64,000 bases of DNA from Gemmatimonadales bacterium (GCA_965248285.1 CBDFJJ010000010.1:133062-197061), one strand, 5' to 3'. Shown: positions 9,401 through 20,308, counted from the first letter of the stretch. Notes: generated by a model not told the origin, from the sequence alone. Numbers and translations are program-made.

Positions 9401-9660
9401 TTCTTTCCGTTCTTCCAGCCGCGCAACACGGCGGTAAAGCTGTGCGTGTACGCCGTGCCGAGCCCAAAGGCAATCAACGGCACGGCCACCGGCCCGCCGA
9501 TCCGCTCGAGCAACAACCCGGCCACGCCTGCCAACGCCACGAGGCTCCCGGTGATCATCCGGGGGATCTTGTCGCCGACGAGGCGCCGGTCCACCACTTG
9601 GGGAATCGGCTCACCGCACTTCGGACACGTGTTCACCGACGGGATCATCATGTTGGTCAT
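9397..9660 (-). CDS. zinc-ribbon two-TM membrane protein of the lysis cassette
   Basis: CPKCGEPIP plus two TM stretches. Protein identical to 56356-56619. Confidence 0.55.
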   Translation of the reverse strand: MTNMMIPSVNTCPKCGEPIPQVVDRRLVGDKIPRMITGSLVALAGVAGLLLERIGGPVAVPLIAFGLGTAYTHSFTAVLRGWKNGKK

Positions 9661-9884
9661 CGTTCACTCCTTACTGCGGGACAGCTCGGCCACGGTGGGA
9701 TATCCAACGCCCGCTCGATCCGACACATGCGCGTGTTCATCTCGGCGACCGAACGCTGCGTGTCGTTCCAGGTGCGGCCGAGACTAAATCCCGTGGTGAG
9801 GACGGCGATGATGAGCACGATCGCCGCAATCGCCCAGCCGGGGATGTGGACGCCGTGGTTCAATCGCGATATCGTCATCATCAT
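9657..9884 (-). CDS. holin-like single-TM protein
   Basis: 75 aa with one TM, immediately upstream of the lysin. Homolog at 56132-56359. Confidence 0.5.
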   Translation of the reverse strand: MMMTISRLNHGVHIPGWAIAAIVLIIAVLTTGFSLGRTWNDTQRSVAEMNTRMCRIERALDIPPWPSCPAVRSER

Positions 9885-12643
9885 CGACCCCGGTACAAGA
9901 GTTCAAACGTGCTTTGCTGCACATCTCCACCATCAATCGTCACCGTCATATTTCCACCCCCGATGACGACCAACAGCAGGCTAACCTCGACGTAATCATC
10001 TTTGGCGAGTTCGGCTGTCAGATCGAAAGGCCAGGCGCCCTCGGTGTCGGTTTGTGAGCTATACAGATTCCCAATCGAACCCAAGTAGCTGGACCCGTTT
10101 AGTTTGATTCGAAACAGCATGTTCGCCGTCGCCACCGCCGACCACCCGGACCACCGAAGAACACCACGAATCGTATAAGTCCCGGCAAACGTGGCCGTGA
10201 GCCGGCTGTTGTTCGTCGCCGTGTCGTGATGACTTTCGTTATCGAACACCTCCGAATCCCACGCCAAGAAATTTTCGCTCGCCGGGTTAACGTACGTGAC
10301 GTTGCTGCCGTGGAACACCCGCACGGTCGGCCCTTTCCGGAGCTCGATCGTCACCGCCTCGCTACTCGCGAGGATGTCCGAGAGACTGCGCACCCAGAGC
10401 GTAAACGCGGTTCCCAACGCATCGTGGACACCGACGATCGTCCCAATCACCCAGAGCTGACCGCGCAATTCACGGCTGCCGATCGGATCCCGCATCACGA
10501 ATTGTTTCGTGGGCACAATCACCCGATCGCCGAATTGCAGTTCGGGGTAGGGGTAGATGCACCGAAAGCGCCACAACCGGACGCCCATGCCAAACGCGTT
10601 GAAGTGGCGTTCGACGACGGTTTCGGCCAGCGTGGTGTCGTCGATCCATTTGCCGACCGTATCCGAGAGCCGTTTCGGCGGTCCCAAGTTCGAGATCCCG
10701 AGGGCGGTCAATGCCACCCCATGAAACCCGCGATGCTCCAAGGTGTACTGGCGACTCTGCACGTCGTAATCGTACGCGAGAAACACTTCGGGCGTGCGCA
10801 GCGCGAGGCCGGGACTCACGGACTCGACGGTGATCTCCCGCTCATGAAAGAGCATGACGACGAAGTCGTCAGCAAACAGATCGAAGAACCGCACCCGTCC
10901 TGCGTCCGTCCCCCATGCGCCGCCGGCAATAAACGCAACCGCGTCAGCCTCGGTCTTCGCATCGGACAAAGCCGTGACGACCGCATCGGGATCCCGCTCC
11001 CCGATCCGCTTGGCGATCGTGGTGGTGTCGTCGGTGATGCCTTGCCCGCGGTACTTGCCCGCGAGCCCAATCTGCCCGTCGAGGAGGTCATCGCTCACCT
11101 CCTTGAGCGTCTCGATCCCCACGGTGGCGTTGTAGTTCAGGATGTCGCGCGTCAGCGGCGAACCAGAGGCCACCGGCAGGGCCGCCCGCAGCAAAGTGAG
11201 GGCCGAATCCCACTGGCATTCGATCTCCGTCGCGCGCGGATCGTAATCGTAGGCGATCGGAAACGTGTCGATGTGCAGCCACTTGTGGCGATCGAGATCC
11301 GGGTGCCCGATCATGATCCGCCAGGCAATCTCGGCCACGTCGTAGTCGACCAGTAACTCGGTAATCTGGTCGTTGAAATCCTCGCGGCCGTCGCGCATGC
11401 TCGTGATCACCGCGCGGCTGATCTCGCTCCGCATCTCGTACGGATGCACATTCCACTCGACGTCGACGGTGGCGAGGCGGTCGAAGGAGATCCGGGTGAG
11501 CTCGCGCACCCCCAACTGTTTTAACCGCGGAGTCGTGTTCAGCGCGGTGTTGGTTTTCAGTTGGGCGCGAATCTCGTACGTTTGCTGTGTCGGTGTAAGA
11601 CCAGACAGGTCCTTGCCACCGGTGCCACCAGGTAGCGAATTATCGACACCGATGAGATCACCGTCCAAAAACTCCGTCCAGGCGTCGGGCGCCGCTTTGC
11701 GAATCTCGCCCACGATCGCGGTGTCACTGGGGGTCCGTCCCACCAGGACACACTCGAGATCCTTCGTCGGCGCGGCCCCGAGATTGATAATCGTGCCCCC
11801 GCCGGCGACGGAAAACGTGACCGTCGCATCCGAATAGCTTTCCGCTATGATCGCCAGGCGGGGACACTCGTCGACAGGGACATCGGGCTCCGACCAGCGC
11901 CCGCGTCCGTCCCCAACCGCGTTCTCGGTCAACGTGGTTTGCTCAAGCGTCACGCCTGACGTAGTGACACTCGGTGTCGCCGTATCGGCGCTGAATCCCA
12001 CGTTACCCGCGGCGGATCCATCGGCCTTCAACGCCAGGATGCGGATGTAGGTCGTGGGACGGATCGCCATCGCCCCCGGCATGATGATGGGCCGCTCGAG
12101 CTTCGGCTTGGCCCCGTTATCGCTACCGCTGAAGTCGAAGATGTATTCCGCTTCCGCGGTCCCCGTGGCCGCGACGCGTTTGGCCGAGCCGATCGCCTGG
12201 ATCTCCAACGTTTGCGCGATGAACACGCTTGCCGGCCACACCCGATGCACGCGGTAGAGTATCATCTTCCACCAGACGACTTCTTTCGCCGCCGCGGTCC
12301 GTTTCGGGTGCAGGTACGCTTTGACTTGCTGGATCTCGAAGTCGCGGTCCAGCGTGCCTGCCCACGTGACCTTGGCAACCGACCAGGGCGAGGCCCGGTC
12401 GAGATCGGTCATGTACGTATCGCTATTGGTGTGCTCGACCGTAGTCGAGAACGACCCCGTGAGCCGCAGGTCGCCGTTCGGCGCGACCTGGAGGCCGGTC
12501 GGCGAATCGGCGTTGTTCCAGTCGGTGTCGAAGGCCCGCACGTCTTCATTAACGGGCACGATCGCTTCGGGGATCACACGCGCACGTCCGGTAATCGGGG
12601 CCTTGCGCAACATGCGGACGAGCTCGGGATGAATCGCTCTCAT
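9881..12643 (-). CDS. phage tail host-specificity protein, prophage L copy
   Basis: 920 aa, last large gene before the lysis cassette. The first ~770 aa are near-identical to 53363-56131. The last 150 aa are unrelated in sequence. Confidence 0.75.
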   Translation of the reverse strand: MRAIHPELVRMLRKAPITGRARVIPEAIVPVNEDVRAFDTDWNNADSPTGLQVAPNGDLRLTGSFSTTVEHTNSDTYMTDLDRASPWSVAKVTWAGTLDRDFEIQQVKAYLHPKRTAAAKEVVWWKMILYRVHRVWPASVFIAQTLEIQAIGSAKRVAATGTAEAEYIFDFSGSDNGAKPKLERPIIMPGAMAIRPTTYIRILALKADGSAAGNVGFSADTATPSVTTSGVTLEQTTLTENAVGDGRGRWSEPDVPVDECPRLAIIAESYSDATVTFSVAGGGTIINLGAAPTKDLECVLVGRTPSDTAIVGEIRKAAPDAWTEFLDGDLIGVDNSLPGGTGGKDLSGLTPTQQTYEIRAQLKTNTALNTTPRLKQLGVRELTRISFDRLATVDVEWNVHPYEMRSEISRAVITSMRDGREDFNDQITELLVDYDVAEIAWRIMIGHPDLDRHKWLHIDTFPIAYDYDPRATEIECQWDSALTLLRAALPVASGSPLTRDILNYNATVGIETLKEVSDDLLDGQIGLAGKYRGQGITDDTTTIAKRIGERDPDAVVTALSDAKTEADAVAFIAGGAWGTDAGRVRFFDLFADDFVVMLFHEREITVESVSPGLALRTPEVFLAYDYDVQSRQYTLEHRGFHGVALTALGISNLGPPKRLSDTVGKWIDDTTLAETVVERHFNAFGMGVRLWRFRCIYPYPELQFGDRVIVPTKQFVMRDPIGSRELRGQLWVIGTIVGVHDALGTAFTLWVRSLSDILASSEAVTIELRKGPTVRVFHGSNVTYVNPASENFLAWDSEVFDNESHHDTATNNSRLTATFAGTYTIRGVLRWSGWSAVATANMLFRIKLNGSSYLGSIGNLYSSQTDTEGAWPFDLTAELAKDDYVEVSLLLVVIGGGNMTVTIDGGDVQQSTFELLYRGR

Positions 12644-12996
12644 GGGGCGTAGTCCGCCGGATCGTCCCCGAACCAGATCACCGCAGGAATATCGACGGCC
12701 TTCTCGACGTCCGTCGGTCGCTTGTCGGCGACCTTGACCTGCGCTCGGATCTTCCCGTCGGGACTGTCGCGCTCGACCTCGACACGAAGAAAATTCGCTC
12801 GCTCGCTCGGGTTGAGTTCTCGCACGGTCTGACCGAGTCGCGTGCCGATCGCCGCGATGTCGGGGCGGTCGGCTTCCGCCGCGATGACGTGGAGAAATTG
12901 CGGCGTCTCGTGATACACGCGGGCGTTATCGAAGACCTCTACGCCGTTTCCGTCGAGCCACTCAGCGCGGGGAATCCGCCAAAAGGATCGGGTCAT
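12640..12996 (-). CDS. small phage tail-associated protein
   Basis: 118 aa, ATGA-coupled on both sides. Homolog at 52998-53366. Confidence 0.55.
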   Translation of the reverse strand: MTRSFWRIPRAEWLDGNGVEVFDNARVYHETPQFLHVIAAEADRPDIAAIGTRLGQTVRELNPSERANFLRVEVERDSPDGKIRAQVKVADKRPTDVEKAVDIPAVIWFGDDPADYAP

Positions 12997-13802
12997 TGTT
13001 GGGTCGCCTTCCGACAGTCGCCGAGCGAATGGACCCCAGCCACGGACATGAGGTCGATCAAGTTGAAATAGCCCGGCGTCCCGACGAGCGAGACGCTCAG
13101 AATCGCCGAGCCCCATTTTTTATCGGTCGCGAGCGCTTGCGCGGCCGACGCGGAACCGCTCGCCTCGGTCCCACTGTTGATCGATTGATGCATCTGCACG
13201 CTCCCGTCGGCGTTCAGTACGGCACGGAGTTCGACGACATCGTTGATCGCCGGAAGCGCGGCGGAAGTCGACTCAACGCTCGCGGCGGCCCCGTCGGTGT
13301 GCCGGACCCGCCATCCCGTTTCCGCTCGGATGTGCAGACTTGGATTCGAGGCTGCGATCTGCATGAGCCGCAGCCCCGAATCGGCGATGATCGCGCCCCG
13401 CTCGCGGAATCGCGCGTAAAAGGTCGCCTCCTGCATCCCGACGTCGAAGGGAAACGTCATCGATTCCGTCGCGCGAATGACGGGGCTTCCCGCCGTCTCG
13501 ATGTAGGACGAGGCAAACGGTACGTTGACCTCCCCCTGCCCGCCCCACAGAATCACGTAAGACGCACCATCCCCGTTGTACGTGACGCTGGCGTCGGTTG
13601 TTGCCAGATAGCAGATGAGCCGGGCCGTCGTGACGCCGCCGCCGATGCTGCCGACGACGACACAGCGATACCAGTCATTACCGAGGGCTTCGATGTACGA
13701 ACGAGCGTGGGATCCCGTCCCGCCAACCGTGCCCTCGGTGCCCTTCGCGCCCGTACTGAGAAAAGCGCCACACTGGCAGGAAATTCGAGGGTGGGGGGGC
13801 GT
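12993..13802 (-). pseudogene. 5'-truncated homolog of tail gene 51673-53001
   Basis: The open frame has no start upstream of 13556. Homology to the R copy begins near 13765. The C-terminus ...GVHSLGDCRKATQQ is shared. Confidence 0.7.
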
Positions 13803-13984
13803 CTACTTTCTCTTGCACACCGAGGCCGGGCCCCCACAGGGGGGAGAATCGAATCGCCCGACTAGTCGCACGCCCGCGCAGATTTTCACAACGAAATTCT
13901 GGCACCGTGCCAGATCCGAATGGCGGAGAAGGTGCTCGCCGCAGTAATTTCTAGGGTGCTCGCGGGTGCCCGCCCACGAGCGTT

Positions 13985-14290
13985 CAAAAACGTGGTGGAG
14001 TTATTTTCGAAAGTTGTGGATTGGCGGAATGAGAAAGGCGGCGTATCCTTTCGTGTAGTCGCTTGAAACTCACACGAGATCCGGTTTGTCACAACCGGAG
14101 AAAGGACACGCCACCCGATGTTGAGAATAATGGGGGATGGCTCCGGAAGCAAAGAGAACGGACAGTTGGCCGACCTGGACGAGCTTGCCAGAGAGGGAGC
14201 TCGGCGCATGCTGGTGAGTGCGTTGGACGCTGAGGTTGGCGCGTATGTGGAGCGCCACCGGAGCGATCGAGACGCGGAGGGCGGTGAAAC
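13985..14290 (+). mobile_element. diverged IS256-family left-end fragment (IR plus first ~57 codons)
   Basis: GGAGTTATTTTCGAAAGTTGTGGATTGG end, then MLRIMGDGSGSKENGQLADLDELAREGARRMLVSALDAEV. Homology then stops. Confidence 0.7.
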
Positions 14291-14312
14291 GGCCCAAACC
14301 AAGGAGGGAAGT

Positions 14313-15097
14313 ATGCGATTCCAAGCGGGGTTTTTTGGGGGCCTGCTTCTGGTGTTCAGTGCGTGTGGTGATCCCACGATCGCAAACTTGGACCATGATA
14401 GTGGCGTCATGCTGGAAAGCCGTTCCGGCACCATAGTTGCAAAAGAAGTGATGCAAGACGGGCTGAGCCAGATTACCCGAGAGGTGGCATTGGCACTGGC
14501 CAATCCCATGGTTCGTCAATCTGTTTTTAAGGCGCTCCACGCGTCGCCGTATCCTGAACACAAGCTCCACTTAGGCACCTTCCTACGACAGAGGGACGCG
14601 ATATTGGGACCCGCCATGGCTACTGCCCGCGGCCAAGCGGCTACCGTGGCGGATGTGCTAGCGACGTTGGACGGCATCATTGACCTCGAATTCTACATGC
14701 CCGTGAAGGATCATTTTGCCGAATGGGAAGGAGGCAACAATCTTATTGTGGCTAGTGTTCTTCGGGACGATGGAACGATACCGATCGCGTTTGATCTTTC
14801 AGGAGACCGTTTTCCGATCGCGTCCGCCGAAGACCCCCCAGAAGTTCCGGCACTAGTGCTGGTGCCGGTAGAAACAGATTTTTCTCGCCCGCAGGTTTCG
14901 ACATACGAGGCCGGGGCTGCAGCTAGCGCGGCAACCACCCCCGGAATCTACATGATGAGTGAGTATATTCCGGACGACCATGAGGGTTGGTCGGCGGGCG
15001 ATCCGGAGTTTGAGGTGCACGTCTTTCCTGAGGTATCTGGCGAGTTTGTGGATAAGTATTGTTCTGGTAACGGAAAGACCGGTTCGCGCAACTATGA
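14313..15097 (+). pseudogene. lipoprotein gene, 3'-truncated by IS256 copy 2
   Basis: Lipobox LLLVFSAC. The frame runs straight into the IS256 end at 15098. Confidence 0.6.
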
Positions 15098-16217
15098 GAG
15101 GTATTGTCAAATGTTGTGGATCGGTGAGTGATCAAGCGGCGACCTTCCGATCCGTGTTCTCTTTGTCAGTTTCCTGCATACCATCTTTGAATTGTTCTCC
15201 TGCCAACACCAGGGGGAGAAGTTCTGGAGCGTTGAGTTTCCGCCAACGTTGCTGCGCCATCTCCAACAGCTTGAACGCCATCGTCAGCCCTTTGCTCCGC
15301 GAGCCCGCTCCCTTGGTCACGCGCTGTCGTAACCGGACCGTCGCGAAGGCAGACTCGATCACGTTCGTCGAACGGATATGTTTCCAATGCTCGGCCGGAA
15401 AATCAAAATGGCTGTACAGGTGCTCCTGGTCCCGCGTGAGCGAGGCGACCGCCTTGGGATACTTGGCCGCATACGCGGTGGCGAAACGCTCGACCAGCGC
15501 CTCGGCCTCCGCACGCGACTCCGCATACATCATCTCGCGCAACACCCGCTTCGCCGCCGGCTGCAAACGTTTCGGAAGCTTGTCCAACACGTTGGCCATC
15601 CGGTGCACCCAGTCGCGCTGCTGCCGCGTCGCCGGCCACACCTCCCGCACCGCTGCCCAGAACCCCAACGCGCCATCCCCAATCGCCAGCACCGGGGCCC
15701 GCATCCCCCGACGCTTCAGATCGCGCAACACCGCCAACCAGCTCTCCGTGCTCTCCCGATAGCCGTCCTCCACCGCGATCAGCTCTTTCGTCCCATCCGC
15801 CCGGGCGCCCAGCATCACCAGCGTACACAGCCGGTCGGCCTCGAGGCGAATGTTGAAGTGGATCCCGTCGACCCAGACGTACACATACTCCCGATCACGC
15901 AGATCACGCTGGCGAAACGCCTGGTATTCCCCCTCCCACGCCGCCGTCAATCGCGTGATCGTCGTCGGGGACAAGCCTGATGCGTCCTCACCCAACAAGA
16001 TCGGCAACGCCTCGCGAAAATCTCCCGTCGACAGACCGCGCAGATACAACACCGGCAAGACCTCCGCCACCTTCGGCGACCGCCGCATATAGGGAGGCAA
16101 AATCTTGCTCGTGAACTGCGCCCGCATACGACGGTCATGCACCCGTGGCGCGGTCACCGTGACCGTACCAGCACCCAGCGTCACCTTGCGGGGACGGGCT
16201 TTGCCATTGCGCACCAC
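15098..16217 (-). mobile_element. IS256-family copy 2, truncated
   Basis: Matches 6044-7163 of copy 1. Identity ends at ...GCGCACCACC (16217). Confidence 0.85.
15132..16217 (-). pseudogene. IS256 transposase lacking the first ~58 codons
   Basis: The 361-aa ORF is identical to residues 59-419 of 6079-7338. Confidence 0.85.
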
Positions 16218-17275
16218 CCCGGAACATTTGTTACGCGCGTTATTGCTGCAGGTGGTGTATACGATCCGGAGCGAGCGGCAGCTGATGGAGCAGCTCGATT
16301 ACAACATCCTGTACCGATGGTTTGTGGGGTTGAATCTGGACGACGCGGTGTGGGTGCCGACGGTCTTTACGAAGAATCGGACGCGGCTGGTCGAGGGGGG
16401 CATCGCGGATGCGTTTCTGGCCGAAGTGTTACAGGAGGCGGAGCGGCGGGCGTTGTTGTCGAATGAGCATTTCACCGTCGACGGGACCTTGCTGGACGCG
16501 TGGGCGAGTCAGAAGAGTTTTCAGCCGAAGGCCGGCACCCGCCCGCCAACGGACGATGATCCGGGGAATCCGAGCGTGACGTTTCGCCAGGAGAAACGGA
16601 CGAATGCGACGCATGCGTCGCGGACGGACCCGGAGGCGCGGTTGACGCGGAAGAGTGGGGGGCAAGGCGCGCAATTGGCGTACTTGGCGAGTGTGTTGAT
16701 GGATAATCGGCACGGGCTCGTGGTGGCGACCGACGTGACGCAGCCCGGCTACGAGGCGGAGTGTGCGAGTGCGCTGGCGATGGTGGGGAGCTTACCGCCG
16801 ACGGCCCGGCGTCGGACGTTGGGGGCGGACAAGGGTTATGATCGGTGCGGGTTTGTCGACACGCTGCGGGCGTTGGGCTGGACGCCCCACGTCACGCCGA
16901 ACGTGCACCGCACGCGGTTGCGGAGCGCGGTGGATGGCCGGACGACGCGCCATCCCAGCTATGCGATCAGTCAACGGCAGCGCAAAAAAGTGGAAGAGAT
17001 CTACGGGTGGGGCAAGACGATTGGGTTGTTACGCAAACTCCGACATCGCGGGACCCCGCGGGTCGGGTGGGTGTTTACGTTCACGGCCGCGGTCTACAAT
17101 CTGATGCGGATACGCACCCTGACCCTGGCCGGAGGCAGCCCCTGATGGGGCAGTGTGGGCCGCATTCGTCACGCCGACCGCACCGCGGGGGCGGTAATAG
17201 GGGACCGCACGCTGGTACACCGTCGTGTTACCCGGACAAACGCGGCTCACCATCAATTTTTCCGCAACCTGCTAG
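16218..17275 (+). mobile_element. IS5-family copy B, 5'-truncated, abutting IS256 copy 2
   Basis: Frame starts mid-domain (PEHLLRALLLQVVYTIRSERQLMEQLDYNILYRWFVGL). The 346-aa track ORF is a read-through chimera. Confidence 0.8.
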
Positions 17276-18069
17276 AGAATGCCCGCCAACTCGAAAGACA
17301 GGGGGGCAATCTCCATTTTCACCACGCGCCGCGGATCGGCCTTCGAAACCATGAATATCCATGGGAGTTGGCCGCTCATGTTGACCTGCCAAGTGTCGAA
17401 CTCGCCTGCGGGGACGGTCACCATGCCGCCGTCGGTGACGTTTAACGTCTCTTGCGAAAATGTTTGCGTGGGGGGCTGAAAAATGCCCAGCGTAAAGCTC
17501 GCCCCGTCTGCCAAGGCCATGGTTGGCACGATCGTGCTCAGCATGTCGAGATCGTAGACCCGGGTACCAAACACGGTGTCGATCGTGGCTTCGATGGCTC
17601 CGGAGACGGATCCGGTCACCCGGCCACCCTCGTCGTACGTCAGCTGCGCCTGAATCGTCTGTCCCATCTGGCTGGCCGCCTGTTCATATGTGATGGGGTC
17701 CAAGGAGGCAGCATCGAGCACGTACTCTACGGATTGCCCTCCCAGCGCGCCGACTTGGATTTCGGATTTGACCGAGAAGACCGGACGATCGCCATGCATG
17801 CTGCTTTCAATGGTTCGCGTCAACGCGCCGAGCAGACTGCCTTGTGTCATGACCGAAAAGGAATCGCGCCCGACCACCAACTGACTCGGATCGAATACGA
17901 TCGCTTGATTGTGCAGAATCGCATTCATCTGCCCGCTGGCGCGTTCAACGAGTTGCAGCGTTCCGGGCTTGTTGAGCCGATAGTCACCGAACGCGATGGG
18001 CTGCTGGGCGGCGGACGGCGCTGTGGCAAGGAGGGAGACAAGAGCGGCGAAGAGGGCCAGACGGAACAT
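17272..18069 (-). CDS. secreted protein, unknown function (C-terminus possibly IS-truncated)
   Basis: Signal peptide MFRLALFAALVSLLATAPSAAQQ. The stop codon (17272-17274) lies within the last bases of IS5 copy B. Confidence 0.5.
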   Translation of the reverse strand: MFRLALFAALVSLLATAPSAAQQPIAFGDYRLNKPGTLQLVERASGQMNAILHNQAIVFDPSQLVVGRDSFSVMTQGSLLGALTRTIESSMHGDRPVFSVKSEIQVGALGGQSVEYVLDAASLDPITYEQAASQMGQTIQAQLTYDEGGRVTGSVSGAIEATIDTVFGTRVYDLDMLSTIVPTMALADGASFTLGIFQPPTQTFSQETLNVTDGGMVTVPAGEFDTWQVNMSGQLPWIFMVSKADPRRVVKMEIAPLSFELAGIL

Positions 18070-18127
18070 GGACAGCCTCAGAAGGCATTGATGGCGTTGC
18101 TTACGCTACTGGGGTTGGAAGGGTGCG

Positions 18128-19609
18128 TCAATCACCCGTTCGGCTGACGGCGATCCAATCCGCAACATGGGAAGCATCGGGCGGTCGCGAGGAGAGTGAG
18201 ACCACGACCAGAATGACGATGTTGACAGCGAGTCCCACCAGACCCTCATGGAGATCGAAGGGCCTCCAGCCGGGTCGCAAAATGAGCAGCCCGGTCACCG
18301 AGATTCCTGAGAGCAACCCCGCTACCACTCCTGACGCGGTCGCTCTACGCCATAGAAACGCCGCATACACGGGTGGAGCGAGTTGGACGATGGCCCCGTA
18401 CGCGGCCAGCAACATGCCCACGAGCGATAGGCCGCTCGGCAGAGCGATGCCGTAACCGAGGATTCCGACACCAACGGCCGACCATCGGATCAGCCGGCGC
18501 TGGTCGTGCTGGCTCAGTCTGTCGCCGCGCGTCGCACCGTAGACGTCGGTCACGGCGATCGAGGCGGCCCCGTGCACCAACGCGTCTCCGGTAGACATGG
18601 AGGCAGCAAGCGCGCCGGCGCAGAAGAGCCCAACGACAATTGCGGGAAGTCCGGACGTGAGCATGATGTGCGGCATGATCGCGTCGGAATTCGAGGGAGA
18701 CGACGCGTAGAGGATTCCGGCGAATCCCACCAGGAAGAGGGGGAGGAGGAAAACCTGAAAGGTCGGAAACAACAGGATCGTTCGTCGGATGGTGGCGTCG
18801 TCCTTTGCCGCAAACGCTTTCATGAATAGATGCGGCCACATCATCAAGCCGATGGAAGAAACGATGACGGCCGACGTGTACGCGACCGGCGTCCATGGTT
18901 CACCGGATGCGTCGAGGCCCGGTGCGGTCAGCATTCCCGGCCTGGTTGCGGCGATTTGTTCGAACATCGGGCCTATGCCGCCGTATAGCTTGTACGGGAT
19001 GTAAATCCCGAATGCCCAGGCGATGCCGAGCATCAGCACGCCCTGAAAAACGTTGGTCCAGCCGACGCCCATCACTCCACTGCGCCACACGTAGATCAGC
19101 ACGACGCCGTAAGCGACCGCCGCCCCAACCGGTTGCGGAACGTGACCGTCGGTGACCTGCTCCAGCACGATGCCCGCACCTCGCATCTGCAATGCGACGT
19201 AGGGAAGGATGGCGATGACGCTGATGATGCCGGCGGTGACGGCCACCCACCGGCTCTGGAACCGGTGCGCCAGCATGGCTCCTTGCGTGACGTATCCGTG
19301 CTTGCGACCGAGCCGTGCGGCCCACGGGCCCAGGGCAAAGTACGGCGCCATACCGAGAACGCCGTAACCAAGGATGTAAAAAGCTGCCGCACCGCGGCTA
19401 AACGCCCACCCGGGACCACCCAAGAACGCGAACGCGGAAAAAACCGACGCACCGGTGACGAAATACATGACCAACGTGCCGAACTCGCGGTCGCCGGCGA
19501 CGTAGCCGGCAACGGTATCGCTGGACCGAGCGCTGGGCAGAAGACCCACGATCAGATTGGTCACGAGGTAGGCCGCGACTACGGCGACCACGATTTGCCA
19601 ACTGGTCAC
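18128..19609 (-). CDS. sodium:solute symporter (SSS) family transporter
   Basis: 493 aa, polytopic, SSS-like. Preceded by a small DUF3311-type partner gene. Confidence 0.7.
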   Translation of the reverse strand: MTSWQIVVAVVAAYLVTNLIVGLLPSARSSDTVAGYVAGDREFGTLVMYFVTGASVFSAFAFLGGPGWAFSRGAAAFYILGYGVLGMAPYFALGPWAARLGRKHGYVTQGAMLAHRFQSRWVAVTAGIISVIAILPYVALQMRGAGIVLEQVTDGHVPQPVGAAVAYGVVLIYVWRSGVMGVGWTNVFQGVLMLGIAWAFGIYIPYKLYGGIGPMFEQIAATRPGMLTAPGLDASGEPWTPVAYTSAVIVSSIGLMMWPHLFMKAFAAKDDATIRRTILLFPTFQVFLLPLFLVGFAGILYASSPSNSDAIMPHIMLTSGLPAIVVGLFCAGALAASMSTGDALVHGAASIAVTDVYGATRGDRLSQHDQRRLIRWSAVGVGILGYGIALPSGLSLVGMLLAAYGAIVQLAPPVYAAFLWRRATASGVVAGLLSGISVTGLLILRPGWRPFDLHEGLVGLAVNIVILVVVSLSSRPPDASHVADWIAVSRTGD

Positions 19610-19803
19610 TTACGATAGATCCGATAGAGGATGAAAAAAATCACCATGGATCCGGCGACCCAGGAAAGGACCCACGCAAAGACGAAGGGGATGCCGAGGA
19701 TGAGCGGTTGAATGGTATTGAAGGGCCGAATGCCGGGGAAGGTGATCGCGATGGCCATGGCCGTGAAGTACACCATCGCGATCCACACGGCATTACGTTT
19801 CAT
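19606..19803 (-). CDS. small two-TM protein (DUF3311-like SSS accessory subunit)
   Basis: 65 aa, overlaps the symporter start by 4 nt. Confidence 0.5.
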   Translation of the reverse strand: MKRNAVWIAMVYFTAMAIAITFPGIRPFNTIQPLILGIPFVFAWVLSWVAGSMVIFFILYRIYRK

Positions 19804-20260
19804 TCGACGTCTTTCCCTCGAGTCGAGCGGTTTTGAGTGACTTCAGTTTGCGCCTGGCCTTGGATGCTCTTCTCGCAAAGAAAGTGAAAGGGATCAGGGC
19901 CAGCCCGCCGATCGTTCCCATCACAAGAGTGACCCCCAGATCGTAACTCCCGGCGTTCATGAGTGTCCAGACCGCGCCGACCTCGCTGGCAAGTACGAGA
20001 GTCGCGAATCCGTCGCGGATATGGACCATGTCGTCCTTGAAGCCGCGGAGACGCATCTCGACATTCGTCTCGGCGGCGCCGGTGGCAACCAGCACCCCAG
20101 CAGATGTGTAGATCGAGCCACATTGCGCGCACAGCCGAAGTGGTTGGGAGAACAGGCTGGCCACACCGCGCCACCAATAACGCGTCCAACGCAAACGCTT
20201 CAGGGGCCGCCTGAGAATCTCGAGCGGCGTTCCACACTGCTGGCAGTTGGTGGTGGTCAT
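19793..20260 (-). CDS. zinc-ribbon membrane protein
   Basis: CQQCG...CAQCG pair followed by two TM helices. Confidence 0.45.
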   Translation of the reverse strand: MTTTNCQQCGTPLEILRRPLKRLRWTRYWWRGVASLFSQPLRLCAQCGSIYTSAGVLVATGAAETNVEMRLRGFKDDMVHIRDGFATLVLASEVGAVWTLMNAGSYDLGVTLVMGTIGGLALIPFTFFARRASKARRKLKSLKTARLEGKTSNET

Positions 20261-20308
20261 CGGCCTCAGTTATGCCTTACGGCGCCGTGGCCGGCGGGTT
20301 GCAACCCT

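Noticed and set aside
10226-11356. Long antisense ORFs inside phage genes (also 34492-35811, 35824-36759, 44130-45755, 48642-50645, 54650-55933)
   Set aside because: These are high-GC shadow ORFs with Arg/Gly/Pro-rich low-complexity translations. The opposite strand carries recognisable phage proteins.
9881-12643. Diversity-generating retroelement acting on the tail-protein C-terminus
   Set aside because: No reverse transcriptase and no template-repeat copy of the variable region anywhere in the window. The two tips differ throughout, not at adenine-specific positions.
13870-13930. Possible missing 3' half of the tRNA-Leu (TGGCACCGTGCCAGATCCGAATGGCGG on the minus strand)
   Set aside because: The T-stem and loop geometry is non-canonical, and the acceptor strand does not complement GCCCGAG.
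16105-17145. 346-aa ORF as an intact transposase
   Set aside because: The first 37 codons are antisense IS256 sequence. It is a read-through across the IS256/IS5 junction at 16217/16218.
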